Positions 63,245 through 64,000 of a stretch of 64,000 bases of DNA are shown here, piece by piece. Positions within the stretch are counted from its first letter, which is position 1. Each line of letters opens with the position of its first letter. Where the stretch lies: contig OZ316895.1 of assembly GCA_973895155.1 (NCBI GenBank), forward strand, positions 10,714,184 through 10,778,183, read 5' to 3'. The notes below the pieces were generated by a model that searched no databases, was not told where the DNA came from, and saw only the letters and a program-made list of their open reading frames with translations. Source of the stretch: Marsupella aquatica (Eukaryota > Plantae > Marchantiophyta). Made by a program: the position numbers and the translations under genes.

Positions 63245-63991
63245 TTAATTGAAGTGCTTTGGTGTTGTGTGTTTGTTTAGTGGTTCCATCAGCATCTGAA
63301 GGCAGATCAGGTCAATCTGATGTACTACATTCCAGAGGATCTTCAGGTAATACACAATCATGCTCGTCATGACAGCTTTAGGTTTCACTAGTAATGTGAC
63401 TAACACTACTGAATAACCTGGGGGAATCCTCTTGCCATGGAACGTTGTGGAACCAACCTGCACTCTGCCAAATCCTACTCGTGTTCCACTCTCATCAACA
63501 GCTAACAAGCCACTTTGTCCCTCAGCATTAGGTGCTTTCCCCACTTCCACCTTAGATCTTTCTGCCAGCACCGTTCTTGGAGGTTTGTATGAAACCTTTG
63601 ACGTGGCTTTGCTCCCACCAGCAGACTTGCTTTGTGTGCGCATGCTTCCTCTCTTCACAGTAGTGAAGCTAGGCTCAGTAGGTTCCTCTGTTAGGACTGT
63701 CACAGTAGCAGGTTCATCACTTGGGAGTGTCATACCAACTAACTCTTTGGTTGGATTTATCTCAACAAGAGGCACACCTGTCATTGAGAATGATACATTC
63801 TGCAAATCATTTATCTCTGCAATGGAGTCAAGATCTACATAGCATGAATCTGGCTCAATGGTATCATTGTCATGCTTGCTGATATCCTCATTTGCCCCAA
63901 CATTGATATCATCCACTCCCTTGCCAATGTCATCCTCATCCAAACATGGTTGACTGCCCTCTGTCAAACAAGTTGCTTGTACAGACTGCAA
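63245..63991 (-). CDS. 3' part of a convergent CACTA accessory gene with a Tnp1/En-Spm-like (TnpA-family) motif
   Basis: Open for more than 740 bp. An acidic/low-complexity stretch is followed by RVGFGRVQVGSTTFHGKRIPPGYSVVLV, resembling the VAxGxV..HGxxIPxGYxxVxV motif of CACTA second-ORF proteins. The 5' end is outside the window. Confidence 0.55.
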   Translation of the reverse strand: MQSVQATCLTEGSQPCLDEDDIGKGVDDINVGANEDISKHDNDTIEPDSCYVDLDSIAEINDLQNVSFSMTGVPLVEINPTKELVGMTLPSDEPATVTVLTEEPTEPSFTTVKRGSMRTQSKSAGGSKATSKVSYKPPRTVLAERSKVEVGKAPNAEGQSGLLAVDESGTRVGFGRVQVGSTTFHGKRIPPGYSVVLVTLLVKPKAVMTSMIVYYLKILWNVVHQIDLICLQMLMEPLNKHTTPKHFN

Positions 63992-64000
63992 CTTTGTTGC

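Larger units (their letters stand above)
50318..64000 (+). mobile_element. Large CACTA/En-Spm DNA transposon B; right end outside the window
   Basis: Starts CACTAGAAGAAAA, followed by dense ATGAC/GTCAT subterminal motifs, internal tandem arrays, a GC-rich repeat, a PHD ORF and a Tnp2/TnpD transposase. That all of these parts belong to one element is inferred, because the second TIR is not visible. Confidence 0.82.

Overview
Eukaryotic land-plant genomic DNA. It is probably from a bryophyte such as a liverwort; this is an inference from gene content and intron style. The left half carries host genes: the 3' part of a multi-exon GMI1/SMCHD1-like SMC-hinge gene (+, its 5' end lies outside the window), a convergent plastid acyl-activating enzyme gene AAE15/16 (-), a decayed epoxide-hydrolase exon, and an intronless RAD1-type GRAS transcription factor (-). 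RAD1 is a hallmark of plants that host arbuscular mycorrhizae. The right half is a nest of transposons: several MITEs with clean target-site duplications (TSDs), a full-length young Ty1/copia element (41144-47640, TSD GACTC), an LTR-like remnant, and two stacked CACTA termini. The second terminus opens a large CACTA/En-Spm element that runs off the window and encodes an apparently intact 3-exon transposase. The most striking observation is a separate, intact, intronless ORF directly upstream of this transposase. It consists almost entirely of an EDM2-like composite PHD histone-reader module, which makes it a candidate transposon-borne chromatin reader or anti-silencing factor. All family assignments come from motif recognition by eye, not from database searches.
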